From NCBI GenBank assembly GCA_043759455.1, contig JAYVLO010000029.1:30298-94297 (forward strand): a DNA stretch of 64,000 nt, written 5' to 3'. A model generated the notes under the pieces. It made no database searches and was not told the origin of the DNA. It saw only the letters and a list, made by a program, of their open reading frames with translations. A program made the translations under genes and the position numbers. Below are positions 51,215 to 60,573 of this stretch, piece after piece (the stretch's first letter is position 1; each line of letters opens with the position of its first letter). Source of the stretch: Pseudolysobacter sp. GTDB lineage: Bacteria; Pseudomonadota; Gammaproteobacteria; Xanthomonadales; Rhodanobacteraceae.

Positions 51215-52948
51215 ATGACTTATCGAAAACAAAAACTTGAACTCACCTGGATTGGCAAGGAGACGCGACCGAAGCTGGAGCCGCGGATTCTGCTGGAGGA
51301 CAAGGCCAAGAGTTATCACGCGAAGCATCGTGTCGGTGAGAATGATCTGTTCGACAATCGCTTGATCTTTGGCGACAACCTGCTGGCGTTGAAGGCGCTG
51401 GAGCAGGAGTTTGCGGGTAAAGTGAAGTGCGCGTACGTTGATCCGCCTTTCAATACTGGCGAAATGTTCGATCACTACGAAGACGGTATTGAGCATTCGA
51501 TATGGCTTTCGCAGATCCGGCACCGATTCGAGATTATCAATCACCTACTTGCTGAAGACGGAACTCTTTTCGTTCATATCGATGACAACGAGCTGGGTTA
51601 TCTCATCGTTCTACTTGACGAGATTTTCGGGCGACCTAATCGTCTCTACATCACGACGTTCAAGCAAGGGTCGGCGACTGGTCACAAGTCAATCAATCCG
51701 GGATGTGTGAGTACGACTAATTAAATACTGATTTATGCGAAAAGGAAATCTGCATGGAAGCCTAATCGTGTTTTTACCGGACGTGATCGAGACAAACGAT
51801 ATGGTCAGTTCATAGTCAATCGAAATGAGCTGTGTGAACAATGGCGGATAATTACACTAACGAAGGCATTCGCTATTTACATTAACGAGGATGAAAAATC
51901 TGCCCGAAAAATATTAAAAGGCGATCCGGGTGTGCTTGAGGAATTCGTTTTGGCAAATGCTCGAAGTGTTATCCGTACCGCGAGGCCAGATTACGATAGC
52001 GTCAGCGAGGCCGCGAGAGCGATGATTGATGAATCGAAGCGTGCGTCAGAAGCCATCTTGAGATTGGAGCGTGCGAATCATTCAGATATGTATTTCAAAG
52101 GAGGGGAGCGCATTCTCTTCTATGCTGACAAGCTAAAGATGGTGGATGGGAAGTTTGTGGCGGGAGAGCCGCTGACCACGCTATGGGACGATATTTTATC
52201 TAACAACCTGCATAACGAAGGTGGCGTTCAATTTCCGAAAGGAAAAAAGCCAGAGGCGTTGATAAAAAGATGTTTTGATCTAACAACAAACCCGGGCGAT
52301 CTAGTACTCGACTCCTTCGCCGGCTCCGGCACGACCGGCGCGGTCGCCCACAAAATGGGGCGGCGCTGGATCATGGTCGAGCTCGGCGAGCACATCCACA
52401 CACACATCATTCCGCGCTTGCAGAAAGTCATCGACGGTGATGACAAGGGCGGCATTACCGAGGCGGTAGGCTGGACGGGCGGCGGCGGATTTCGTTATTA
52501 CCGTCTAGCGCCGTCACTGCTGGAAAAAGACCGTTGGGATAACTGGGTCATCCACCGCGACTACAACGCGGCAATGCTGGCCGAGGCGCTGTGCAAGCTG
52601 GAAGGCTTCACCTATGCGCCCAGCGACACGGTGTATTGGCAACAGGGCTATTCCACCGAGCGCGACTTTTTATATGTCACCACGGCTACACTGAGCCATG
52701 AGCAACTGCAGCAACTCGCTGACGAAGTGGGCAGTGAACGCACTTTGCTGGTGCTGTGCCCGGCGTTTCGCGGCAAAGGCGATTATTCCAACCTGACCGT
52801 GCGCAAGATTCCGAAGCAGGTATTGTCGCGCTGCGAATGGGGCCACGATGATTATTCGTTGCAGGTTGAAAATCTGCCGCAAGCACCCGAGCCACCAGTC
52901 AAGGCGAATGTGCAGTCCAGCTTGTTTGGCGAGGATGTTGAGGCATGA
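51215..52948 (+). pseudogene. mod: Type III R-M methyltransferase Mod (beta-class N6-adenine) interrupted by one in-frame TAA at 51722-51724
   Basis: LIFGDNLLALKAL, YVDPPFNTG (motif IV), STTN*ILIYAK, GKKPEALIKR and VLDSFAGSGTTGAVA (motif I). Both ORF-track pieces (51215 and 51932) are in the same frame. Confidence 0.85.
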
Positions 52949-54018
52949 GCACGGACGGCAACGATACGCTGCCGACTTCCGAGTTGATCCTGTATCGCAC
53001 CGAGGATGCACGAATGCGCATCGAGGTGCAGTTGGAAGGCGGAACGGTTTGGCTGACCCAGGCGCAGATGGCCGAGTTGTTTCAGACCACGCCGCAGAAC
53101 ATCACCTTGCATCTCAAGGCGATTTATCAGGAAGGCGAACTACTGCAGGAGGCAACCTGTAAGGATTACTTACAAGTTCGATCCGAAGGCGGGCGCGCGG
53201 TACAGCGCAGCCTCAAGTATTACAACCTTGATGCGATTCTGGCGGTGGGTTATCGCGTGCGTTCTGCGCGCGGCACGCAGTTCCGCCAATGGGCGACCGA
53301 GCGCTTGAAAGAGTTCCTGGTCAAGGGTTTCACACTGGATGACGAGCGTCTGAAGCGGGGGCCGGACGATGGCTACTTTGAAGAGTTGTTGTCGCGCATT
53401 CGCGATATTCGTTCTTCGGAACGCATGTTCTGGCGCAAGGTGCTGGACATCTATGCCACCAGCGTGGACTACGACGCCAGTGCAGAAGCCAGCCAGCGTT
53501 TTTTCAAGACCATGCAGAACAAGATGCATTGGGCGGCGCATGGTCATACTGCGGCCGAAGTTATCAAGACGCGCGCCGATGCGGCCAAGCCGCATATGGG
53601 CATGACGAGTTGGAGCGCCGCAAAGCCGCGCAAGATGGATGCGGGCATCGCCAAGAATTACCTGGTTGCCGAAGAGCTCGATGCGCTCAATCGTATCGTT
53701 AGCGCTTATCTCGAATTTGCCGAGGTGCAGGCGCTCAATCGGCGCGCGATGACGATGACGAACTGGATAACGAAGCTCGATGATTTTCTGCGGTTGAGTG
53801 AGCGAGAAGTGCTTGCGCACGCGGGTCGCATCAGTCACGAATCGGCAATCGCCTACGCGGAAGCGCAATTCGATCTTTACCGTCAGCAACAATCAAAAGA
53901 GATCACAACGGTAGAACGTGACTTCGATGCGGTGACAAAAACGCTCAAGCGCATGAAGGGCGAAAAGCCAAACTCGATTCGAAAAAAAGCGGATAAAAAA
54001 ACAGGGAGCAAGGAATGA
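52945..54018 (+). CDS. rhuM: Virulence RhuM family protein
   Basis: TVWLTQAQMAELF, YYNLDAILAVGYRVRS.RGTQFRQWAT.RLKEFLVKGF.LDDERLK, QNKMHWA and AKNYL motifs. Confidence 0.9.
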   Translation: MSTDGNDTLPTSELILYRTEDARMRIEVQLEGGTVWLTQAQMAELFQTTPQNITLHLKAIYQEGELLQEATCKDYLQVRSEGGRAVQRSLKYYNLDAILAVGYRVRSARGTQFRQWATERLKEFLVKGFTLDDERLKRGPDDGYFEELLSRIRDIRSSERMFWRKVLDIYATSVDYDASAEASQRFFKTMQNKMHWAAHGHTAAEVIKTRADAAKPHMGMTSWSAAKPRKMDAGIAKNYLVAEELDALNRIVSAYLEFAEVQALNRRAMTMTNWITKLDDFLRLSEREVLAHAGRISHESAIAYAEAQFDLYRQQQSKEITTVERDFDAVTKTLKRMKGEKPNSIRKKADKKTGSKE

Positions 54019-56699
54019 ATCGACACGTCAACGCCATCGCCGGCAGGTTGAGTTTGCGTCCGCCACAAAGGCACTCGCTGGAGCTGCTGGATCGCATTAC
54101 CGAAATCGTGCCGCCCAGAAAAAGCACTGATTCCGCGGCTGCGCTGGACGTGATCCGCAGCGAATTTCCTTCCGTCACCGATTTCGAGCGCGAGTTTCCA
54201 TCGTTGTGTTTTGCATTGGCAACTGGCGTCGGAAAAACGCGCTTGATGGGCGCCTTTGTGACGTATCTGCACCTGGCGCACGGCATCAATAATTTTTTCG
54301 TGCTGGCGCCCAACTTGACCATCTACAACAAGTTGATTGCGGACTTCACACCGAACACGCCGAAGTATGTGTTTAAGGGTATTGCGGAATTTGCCATCAA
54401 TGCGCCGTCGATCATCACTGGCGACAATTACGACCAGCATGATCCGGTCAGCGGTAGTCTGTTTGGTGGTGTGCGTATCAATATCTTCAATATTTCGAAG
54501 ATCAACTCCGAGGTGCGTGGTGGTCGCAGCCCACGTATCAAGCGACTTTCGGAATACATCGGCGAGAGTTATTTTGCTTACCTTGCCGGGTTGCCCGATC
54601 TCGTACTGCTAATGGACGAATCGCATCGTTATCGTGCCAGCGCCGGCTTGCGTGCGATCAATGAACTCAAGCCTGTGCTTGGGCTTGAGCTCACAGCAAC
54701 GCCGTATGTAGAAACCAGCAAAGGCGCGATTGCCTTCCGAAATGTAATTTTTCACTACCCGCTTGCTCAAGCGATGGCCGATGGTTTCGTCAAGGAACCC
54801 GCCGTGGTTACGCGCAAGGATTTCAATCCTGCCGCGATGTCGGTCGAGGAGCTGGAGTTGCTGAAGCTAGAAGATGGCGTGCGTTTGCACGAGAGCGTGA
54901 AAGTCGATCTGGAAACTTACGCGCGCGAAACCAACAATACGATCATCAAGCCTTTCGTGCTGGTGATTGCACGCGACACCACGCATGCCGCGCAATTGCT
55001 CCAGTTGATCCAGTCCAGTGCGTTTTTTGACGGGCGTTATCAGGGCAAGGCGATTCAGGTTGACTCCAGCCGAAGCGGTGTCGAAGAAGAGGAAATGATC
55101 GAACGGCTATTGCGCGTTGAGCATAGCGATGAACCGACCGAAATCGTCATCCATGTGAATATGCTCAAGGAAGGTTGGGATGTGACCAACCTCTATACCA
55201 TCGTGCCATTGCGCGCGGCCAACGCACGTATTCTCATCGAACAATCGATCGGGCGCGGTTTGCGTCTGCCGTATGGCAAACGTACCGGCGTTAGTTCAGT
55301 GGATCGGCTGAATATCATCGCGCACGACAAATTCCAGGAAATTGTTGACGAGGCGAATAAGCCAAGCTCATCAATCCGTATGGCGTCCATCCTGCTCGAC
55401 GAAACTACGTTGGTAAACCGAACGGTAACGGTGGTGTCGCAACCAAGAGTAACTACCGCGCTTGGATTTCAGCCGGCACAAATGACGGCGAACACGACAC
55501 TTGCCGGGGCGGATAACGCGAAATTATTTGCTGATCCCCAAGAGCAGCGATTGGCGCAGATTGCATACGACGTAATTTGTAGCCTGGGAAATCAGCCGCA
55601 AAACGTACCGACGATCGAACACCTGAAGCGACCGGAAATACAGGCTGCGATCGTCAAAGCAGTGGAAGAGCGTCAACTAGCAGTGCAGGCTGAGCTAGAT
55701 GGCTGCGGAGAAAAGCCGGATATCGCCGGCGTGGTAGCGAAAACAGTCGAGCTCTTGACGCTGCAAAGCATCGATATTCCACGCATTCTTGTGGTGCCGA
55801 AAGGTGAGGTGAAGTCGGGCTTCATGCCTTTCGTTTTAATGCTGGATTCGTTGAAATACCCTCCCGTATCGGAGGAAATCTGGGTGCGATATCTTCGCAC
55901 TGGCGAAAGCCTGACCATCAATCCTGTGCGCGGTCACGCCGAGGAGCCGAGGCTTGAAAACTATATCGTACGTGGCCTTATCGATTGCGACGATATTTCC
56001 TACGATGTGCACGCGGACCTGCTATATGACCTGGCATCTCAGGTCGTCAGACATTTCGCGAGCTATCTGAAAATCGATGAGGTTTGCGATGTCTTGCGTT
56101 GTCATCATCGTGATATCGCAAAGTTCGTACACGCTCAAATGCAGGAGCATTATTGGGAAGAATCAGTAGGAACCGAGACGAGGGTAAGCAAAGGATTCAC
56201 CGAGCTGAAGGCGAGCGCTTACACCTACGCCGTGAAAGAGCCGCCAATGGATTACCGCGTTGCGCCGATGGATAAAAGCAACATGGCGAAATATGTTTTC
56301 GGCGGGTTCCAGCGTTGTCTTTATCCTTTGCAAAAATTTGCCTCGGACGCGGAGCGCAAGGTGGCGGTGATTCTGGAGCGTGATGCGATCAAATGGTTCA
56401 AGCCGGCGAAAGGGCAGTTCCAGATTTTCTACAAGCAAGGTGCCGACCATCTTGAATATCAGCCTGATTTCGTGGCTGAAACATCAGATTTCATTTACAT
56501 GCTGGAGCCCAAGGCACGCAACGAAATGGATGCTGTGGATGTGCTGGCAAAAGAAGAATCGGCGATTGAGTGGTGCGCCAAGGCATCGGAATACTCCCTA
56601 GAAAATAACGGGAAACCATGGAGATATGTTCTGATTCCCCACGACGAGATCGCTGAAAATATAACGTTATCAGGACTGGCGAATCGATTTTCGAAGTGA
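54015..56699 (+). CDS. res: Type III R-M restriction subunit Res (SF2 helicase + PD-(D/E)XK nuclease)
   Basis: LATGVGKT, MDESHRY, LTATP, VNMLKEGWDV and EQSIGRGLR; C-terminal YQPDFVAET...MLEPK. Confidence 0.88.
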   Translation: MNRHVNAIAGRLSLRPPQRHSLELLDRITEIVPPRKSTDSAAALDVIRSEFPSVTDFEREFPSLCFALATGVGKTRLMGAFVTYLHLAHGINNFFVLAPNLTIYNKLIADFTPNTPKYVFKGIAEFAINAPSIITGDNYDQHDPVSGSLFGGVRINIFNISKINSEVRGGRSPRIKRLSEYIGESYFAYLAGLPDLVLLMDESHRYRASAGLRAINELKPVLGLELTATPYVETSKGAIAFRNVIFHYPLAQAMADGFVKEPAVVTRKDFNPAAMSVEELELLKLEDGVRLHESVKVDLETYARETNNTIIKPFVLVIARDTTHAAQLLQLIQSSAFFDGRYQGKAIQVDSSRSGVEEEEMIERLLRVEHSDEPTEIVIHVNMLKEGWDVTNLYTIVPLRAANARILIEQSIGRGLRLPYGKRTGVSSVDRLNIIAHDKFQEIVDEANKPSSSIRMASILLDETTLVNRTVTVVSQPRVTTALGFQPAQMTANTTLAGADNAKLFADPQEQRLAQIAYDVICSLGNQPQNVPTIEHLKRPEIQAAIVKAVEERQLAVQAELDGCGEKPDIAGVVAKTVELLTLQSIDIPRILVVPKGEVKSGFMPFVLMLDSLKYPPVSEEIWVRYLRTGESLTINPVRGHAEEPRLENYIVRGLIDCDDISYDVHADLLYDLASQVVRHFASYLKIDEVCDVLRCHHRDIAKFVHAQMQEHYWEESVGTETRVSKGFTELKASAYTYAVKEPPMDYRVAPMDKSNMAKYVFGGFQRCLYPLQKFASDAERKVAVILERDAIKWFKPAKGQFQIFYKQGADHLEYQPDFVAETSDFIYMLEPKARNEMDAVDVLAKEESAIEWCAKASEYSLENNGKPWRYVLIPHDEIAENITLSGLANRFSK

Positions 56700-56817
56700 C
56701 CGGTCGTTTTCAGTCACGCAATATCTCCTTAGCCGCAGGATAAGTTTCTCGCGGGCCAGCAACGAGCGCGGCTGCTATACTGCGCGCCTTCGTTTTTTCT
56801 GCCGTTAGAGTCAAGCC

Positions 56818-58194
56818 ATGTTCGAGTCACTCAGCCAACGCCTGTCCGGCACCATCGAGCGCTTGCGCGGTCGTGCGCGCCTGACCGAAGAAAATATTCG
56901 CGAATCACTGCGCGACGTGCGCATCGCCTTGCTCGAAGCCGATGTCGCGTTGCCGGTGGTGCAGGCGCTGATCCAGCGCGTGAAGGTTCGCGCGGTCGGC
57001 CAGGATGTCTTGAAAAGCCTGACGCCGGGGCAGGCGCTGGTCAAGGTCGTGCGCGACGAACTCACCGCAGTGATGGGTTCGGTGAATACCGATCTGAATC
57101 TGAATTGTCCCGCGCCGGCGGTGGTGCTGATGGCCGGACTGCAGGGGGCCGGCAAGACCACGACGGTGGCGAAACTTGCGCGTTTCCTGCGCGAGCGCAA
57201 GAAGAAAAAAGTCATGGTGGTGAGTTGCGACGTGTATCGTCCCGCCGCTATCGAGCAATTGCAGACGCTGGCTGAACAGGTCGAGGTTTTGTTTTTCCCA
57301 TCGACCGGCGAGCAGGATCCCGTAGCGATTGCGCACGCTGCGATCGATGCGGCGCGCAAGCAATACGTCGATGTATTGCTGATCGATACCGCGGGCCGTC
57401 TCGCGATCGATGCGGCGATGATGGCCGAGATCAAGGCGCTGCACGCTGCGGTCAATCCGATCGAAACATTGTTTGTCGTCGATGCGATGACCGGCCAGGA
57501 TGCGGCGAATACTGCCAAGGCATTCAGCGAAGCGTTGCCTTTGACCGGCGTGATCCTGACCAAGACGGATGGCGATGCGCGCGGTGGCGCGGCGTTGTCG
57601 GTGCGCTATATCACGGGTCGCCCGATCAAGTTCATCGGCTCGGGCGAGAAACCCGATGCGCTGGAACCGTTCCATCCTGATCGTCTCGCGCAACGCATTC
57701 TCGGCATGGGCGATGTGCTGTCGCTGGTCGAGCAGGTCGAGCAGAACGTCGACAAAGAAAAAGCGCAGAAGCTTGCCGAGAAGATCGTCAAGGGCAAGCG
57801 CTTCGACATGAACGATATGCGCGATCAACTGCAGCAGATGCTCAGCATGGGCGGGCTCGCCAGCTTGATGGACAAACTGCCGGGCGTGAGCAATCTGCCG
57901 GATCAGGTCAAGTCGCGCATCAACGACAAGGAAGTGCATCGCATGATCGCGGTCATCAACTCGATGACCAAGAAAGAACGCCGCCATCCCGATCTGCTCA
58001 ACGGCTCGCGCAAGGTGCGGGTTGCCAAGGGCTCGGGCATGCAGCCGCAGGACGTCAACAAGCTGCTCAAGCAATATCAGCAGATGGAAAAAATGATGTC
58101 GAAGCTGTCGTCGGGCGGCATCAAGGGTCTGATGCGACAGATGAAGGGCGCGATGGGCGGCGGCGGGGCAGGCGGCAACTTCATGCAACGTTGA
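56818..58194 (+). CDS. ffh: Signal recognition particle protein
   Basis: GLQGAGKTTT, DTAGR, TKTDGDARGG and Met-rich M domain; TATACT -10-like hexamer at 56776. Confidence 0.97.
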   Translation: MFESLSQRLSGTIERLRGRARLTEENIRESLRDVRIALLEADVALPVVQALIQRVKVRAVGQDVLKSLTPGQALVKVVRDELTAVMGSVNTDLNLNCPAPAVVLMAGLQGAGKTTTVAKLARFLRERKKKKVMVVSCDVYRPAAIEQLQTLAEQVEVLFFPSTGEQDPVAIAHAAIDAARKQYVDVLLIDTAGRLAIDAAMMAEIKALHAAVNPIETLFVVDAMTGQDAANTAKAFSEALPLTGVILTKTDGDARGGAALSVRYITGRPIKFIGSGEKPDALEPFHPDRLAQRILGMGDVLSLVEQVEQNVDKEKAQKLAEKIVKGKRFDMNDMRDQLQQMLSMGGLASLMDKLPGVSNLPDQVKSRINDKEVHRMIAVINSMTKKERRHPDLLNGSRKVRVAKGSGMQPQDVNKLLKQYQQMEKMMSKLSSGGIKGLMRQMKGAMGGGGAGGNFMQR

Positions 58195-58334
58195 TTGCGC
58201 GGAAATCAGCACTAAAGTGCTCTTAACGCTTTATTTTTTCCCATAACCCGCTAGAATAGGCGGTTCCCGGTAATGCGGCGGGTCGTTCTGACACCCTGTG
58301 CTGCCTTCTGATTCACGAATTTCGAGTAAAAACA

Positions 58335-58595
58335 ATGGTTAAGATTCGCCTGTCTCGTGGTGGCGCCAAGGGGCGTCCGTTCTATCACATCGTCGTTACC
58401 GATTCGCGCAGCCCGCGCGACGGTCGCAGTATCGAGCGCGTCGGCTTTTATAATCCGATTGCAGCCGGCAAGGATGTGAAGCTCAAGCTCGATGCGGAGC
58501 GCGTCAATCATTGGGTCGGCACGGGTGCGCAGTTGTCCGACAAGGTGCGTTTCCTCGTGAAGGAAGCCGCCAAGCAAGAGAAAGTTGCTGCTTAA
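58335..58595 (+). CDS. rpsP: 30S ribosomal protein S16
   Basis: [38 protein letters not shown]. Confidence 0.97.
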   Translation: MVKIRLSRGGAKGRPFYHIVVTDSRSPRDGRSIERVGFYNPIAAGKDVKLKLDAERVNHWVGTGAQLSDKVRFLVKEAAKQEKVAA

Positions 58596-58603
58596 GACCG
58601 GCC

Positions 58604-59119
58604 TTGGCTATTGAAGGCGACCGGCGTCTCCTGCTCGGCAGGATCGTCGGGGTGTACGGTGTCGCGGGCTGGGTAAAACTGGAATCGCACAGTGAACCGC
58701 GATTGCGGATTTTCAACTACCAGCCCTGGTTGTTGAAGACCGTGCAAGCCGAGTACGAAGTTGAAGGTTGTCATGGGCGTGCCCAGGGCAAAGGCATCGT
58801 CGCCACGCTGCCAGGCGTGACCGACCGCGATCAGGCGGCGGCGCTGGTAGGGGCAGAGATCTGGGTTTGGCGCTCGGCGCTGCCCAGGATCAAAAATGAC
58901 GAAGTGTATTGGACCGATCTCGAAGGATTGGAGGTTGTGACGACGCTGGGCATCAGCCTGGGCAGTGTCAGCCATATTTTCGCGACCGGTGCGAATGATG
59001 TGATCGTAGTGCGGGATGCCGCGCGCGAGCGTTTGATTCCGTTCGTCAGCGGGCAATTCGTACACGATATAAATCTGGATACGCGGCGGATCACGGTAGA
59101 TTGGGATCCCGAGTTTTAA
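58604..59119 (+). CDS. rimM: Ribosome maturation factor RimM
   Basis: [28 protein letters not shown] and LIPFV motifs. TTG start at 58604 is inferred. Confidence 0.92.
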   Translation: MAIEGDRRLLLGRIVGVYGVAGWVKLESHSEPRLRIFNYQPWLLKTVQAEYEVEGCHGRAQGKGIVATLPGVTDRDQAAALVGAEIWVWRSALPRIKNDEVYWTDLEGLEVVTTLGISLGSVSHIFATGANDVIVVRDAARERLIPFVSGQFVHDINLDTRRITVDWDPEF

Positions 59120-59150
59120 GTGTTGGATATTGGGTCAAGGATTAGCGCTG

Positions 59151-59912
59151 GTGCGGGTTGACGTCATCACGCTGTTCCCGGAGTTTGTCGACGGCTGTGC
59201 CAGAGTTGGTGTGGTCGGGCGGGCGCAGGAGCGCGGTCTGATTTCGGTGACAAGCTGGAATCCGCGCGAATTTGCGACCGACAATTACCACACCGTGGAT
59301 GGTCGCCCGTACGGTGGCGGTCCCGGCATGTTGATGTTGATTGGCCCGTTACGCGACACGATCGCGGCGGCCAAGGCGGCGGCGGAAGCGCCGGCGAAAG
59401 TGATTTATCTGAGTCCGCAGGGAGTGCGACTCACGCAACGCAAGGTGCAGGAGCTGAGCGTTTTGCCAAGGCTGGTGTTGTTGTGCGGCAGGTACGAAGG
59501 CGTGGACGAGCGGTTGCTCGATCACGAAGTGGATGAAGAATTGTCGATCGGTGATTACGTGCTGTCCGGCGGGGAACTCGCTGCAGCGGTGTTGATCGAT
59601 GCGATCGGGCGGTTGCAGGAAGGTGCGTTGAACGACGCGCAATCGGCGGCGCAGGATTCGTTCTCCGACGGATTGCTCGATTGTCCGCATTACACGCGGC
59701 CCGAGCAGCATGAATTGGGAACACTGCCAGCGGTACTGATATCGGGTGACCATGCAGCGATCAAGCGCTGGCGCCTGAAACAGTCACTGGGACGAACATG
59801 GTTGCGGCGCCCGGATTTGCTGGCGCGGCTGCAACTGGACAAGCCGGCGCGTGCGCTGCTTGAGGAATTCCGCCACGAATATTTCGCGGCGCAAGACAAG
59901 AACACCGGCTAA
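59151..59912 (+). CDS. trmD: tRNA (guanine37-N1)-methyltransferase
   Basis: [37 protein letters not shown] and [10 protein letters not shown] motifs. Confidence 0.96.
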   Translation: MRVDVITLFPEFVDGCARVGVVGRAQERGLISVTSWNPREFATDNYHTVDGRPYGGGPGMLMLIGPLRDTIAAAKAAAEAPAKVIYLSPQGVRLTQRKVQELSVLPRLVLLCGRYEGVDERLLDHEVDEELSIGDYVLSGGELAAAVLIDAIGRLQEGALNDAQSAAQDSFSDGLLDCPHYTRPEQHELGTLPAVLISGDHAAIKRWRLKQSLGRTWLRRPDLLARLQLDKPARALLEEFRHEYFAAQDKNTG

Positions 59913-59958
59913 TGCCGGATGACGATCCAACCAAATCCAACAAGTAGTGGTGAGTGTT

Positions 59959-60324
59959 ATGAACATCCTTCAGCAGTTCGAAGCCGAGCAGATGACCCGC
60001 AAGTTGCCGGACTTCGGCCCTGGCGACACGGTAGTCGTGAATGTCAAAGTCAAAGAAGGCGCGCGTGAGCGCGTGCAGGCTTACGAAGGCGTGGTTATCG
60101 CCAAGCGTAATCGCGGCCTCAACTCCGCTTTCACCGTGCGCAAGATTTCGCACGGCACCGGCGTCGAGCGCGTATTCCAGTCACACAGCCCATCTATTGA
60201 TTCGGTACTGGTCAAGCGTCGCGGCAAAGTGCGCGGTGCGAAGCTGTATTACCTGCGTGGTCTGGAAGGCAAGGCCGCCCGCATCAAGGAAGATCTGTCG
60301 CAGAATTCGCGTCCGCGCGACTGA
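59959..60324 (+). CDS. rplS: 50S ribosomal protein L19
   Basis: [27 protein letters not shown] and RGKVR.AKLYYLR. Confidence 0.97.
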   Translation: MNILQQFEAEQMTRKLPDFGPGDTVVVNVKVKEGARERVQAYEGVVIAKRNRGLNSAFTVRKISHGTGVERVFQSHSPSIDSVLVKRRGKVRGAKLYYLRGLEGKAARIKEDLSQNSRPRD

Positions 60325-60380
60325 GATCTTTCGCAAAGAATTGTCTTGGAGCATCGAGTCGCGTCTATGCTCCTTGTCGG

Positions 60381-60413
60381 CAAAACGGCCACCATTTGGT
60401 GGCCGTTTTGTTC
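60381..60413 (+). terminator. Intrinsic (possibly bidirectional) terminator after rplS
   Basis: CAAAACGGCCACC-attt-GGTGGCCGTTTTG, a perfect 13-bp stem with A/T-rich base. Confidence 0.7.
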
Positions 60414-60573
60414 TCCGGCGACCAAAACCGCGGCGCGTTTTCAACGGGTTCTTCTGTTGTCGACGTGGGCGACAGTTCTCTTCGCCACGCCGTTCTGTCG
60501 CTGAAATAAATGTAATGTTTTGTGCATTGATTTTGCGGTAGAGTTCGGACACGGGGGGCCAAGGAGCAGGTCA

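Larger units (their letters stand above)
46450..56730 (+). mobile_element. Horizontally acquired defence island (SNF2 + AlbA_2-HATPase + Type III R-M + RhuM); boundaries approximate, no integrase
   Basis: Five co-oriented defence-type genes separate ypjD from ffh, with visibly more AT-rich stretches. No att repeat was identified. Confidence 0.7.

Noticed and set aside
68-51724. Genome-wide reassignment of TAG (or TAA) to an amino acid
   Set aside because: TAG ends conserved genes at their normal positions (yhdP 12419, darP 14181, cysH 20923, iscA 29003). The internal stops replace different residues and co-occur with frameshifts and deletions.
51215-52948. Simple-sequence-repeat phase variation (phasevarion) of mod
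   Set aside because: I saw no tandem repeat tract in or upstream of mod; the lesion is an in-frame stop, not a slipped-strand frameshift.
46647-56699. Calling the island DISARM or BREX
   Set aside because: No DrmA/DrmB (DUF1998), PLD (DrmC), PglZ or BrxC-type genes are seen; the methylase and helicase-nuclease match the Type III Mod/Res layout.
46400-56820. Prophage, ICE or att-flanked element
   Set aside because: There is no integrase, transposase, relaxase, phage structural gene or tRNA, and only loose junction similarity rather than a true direct repeat.
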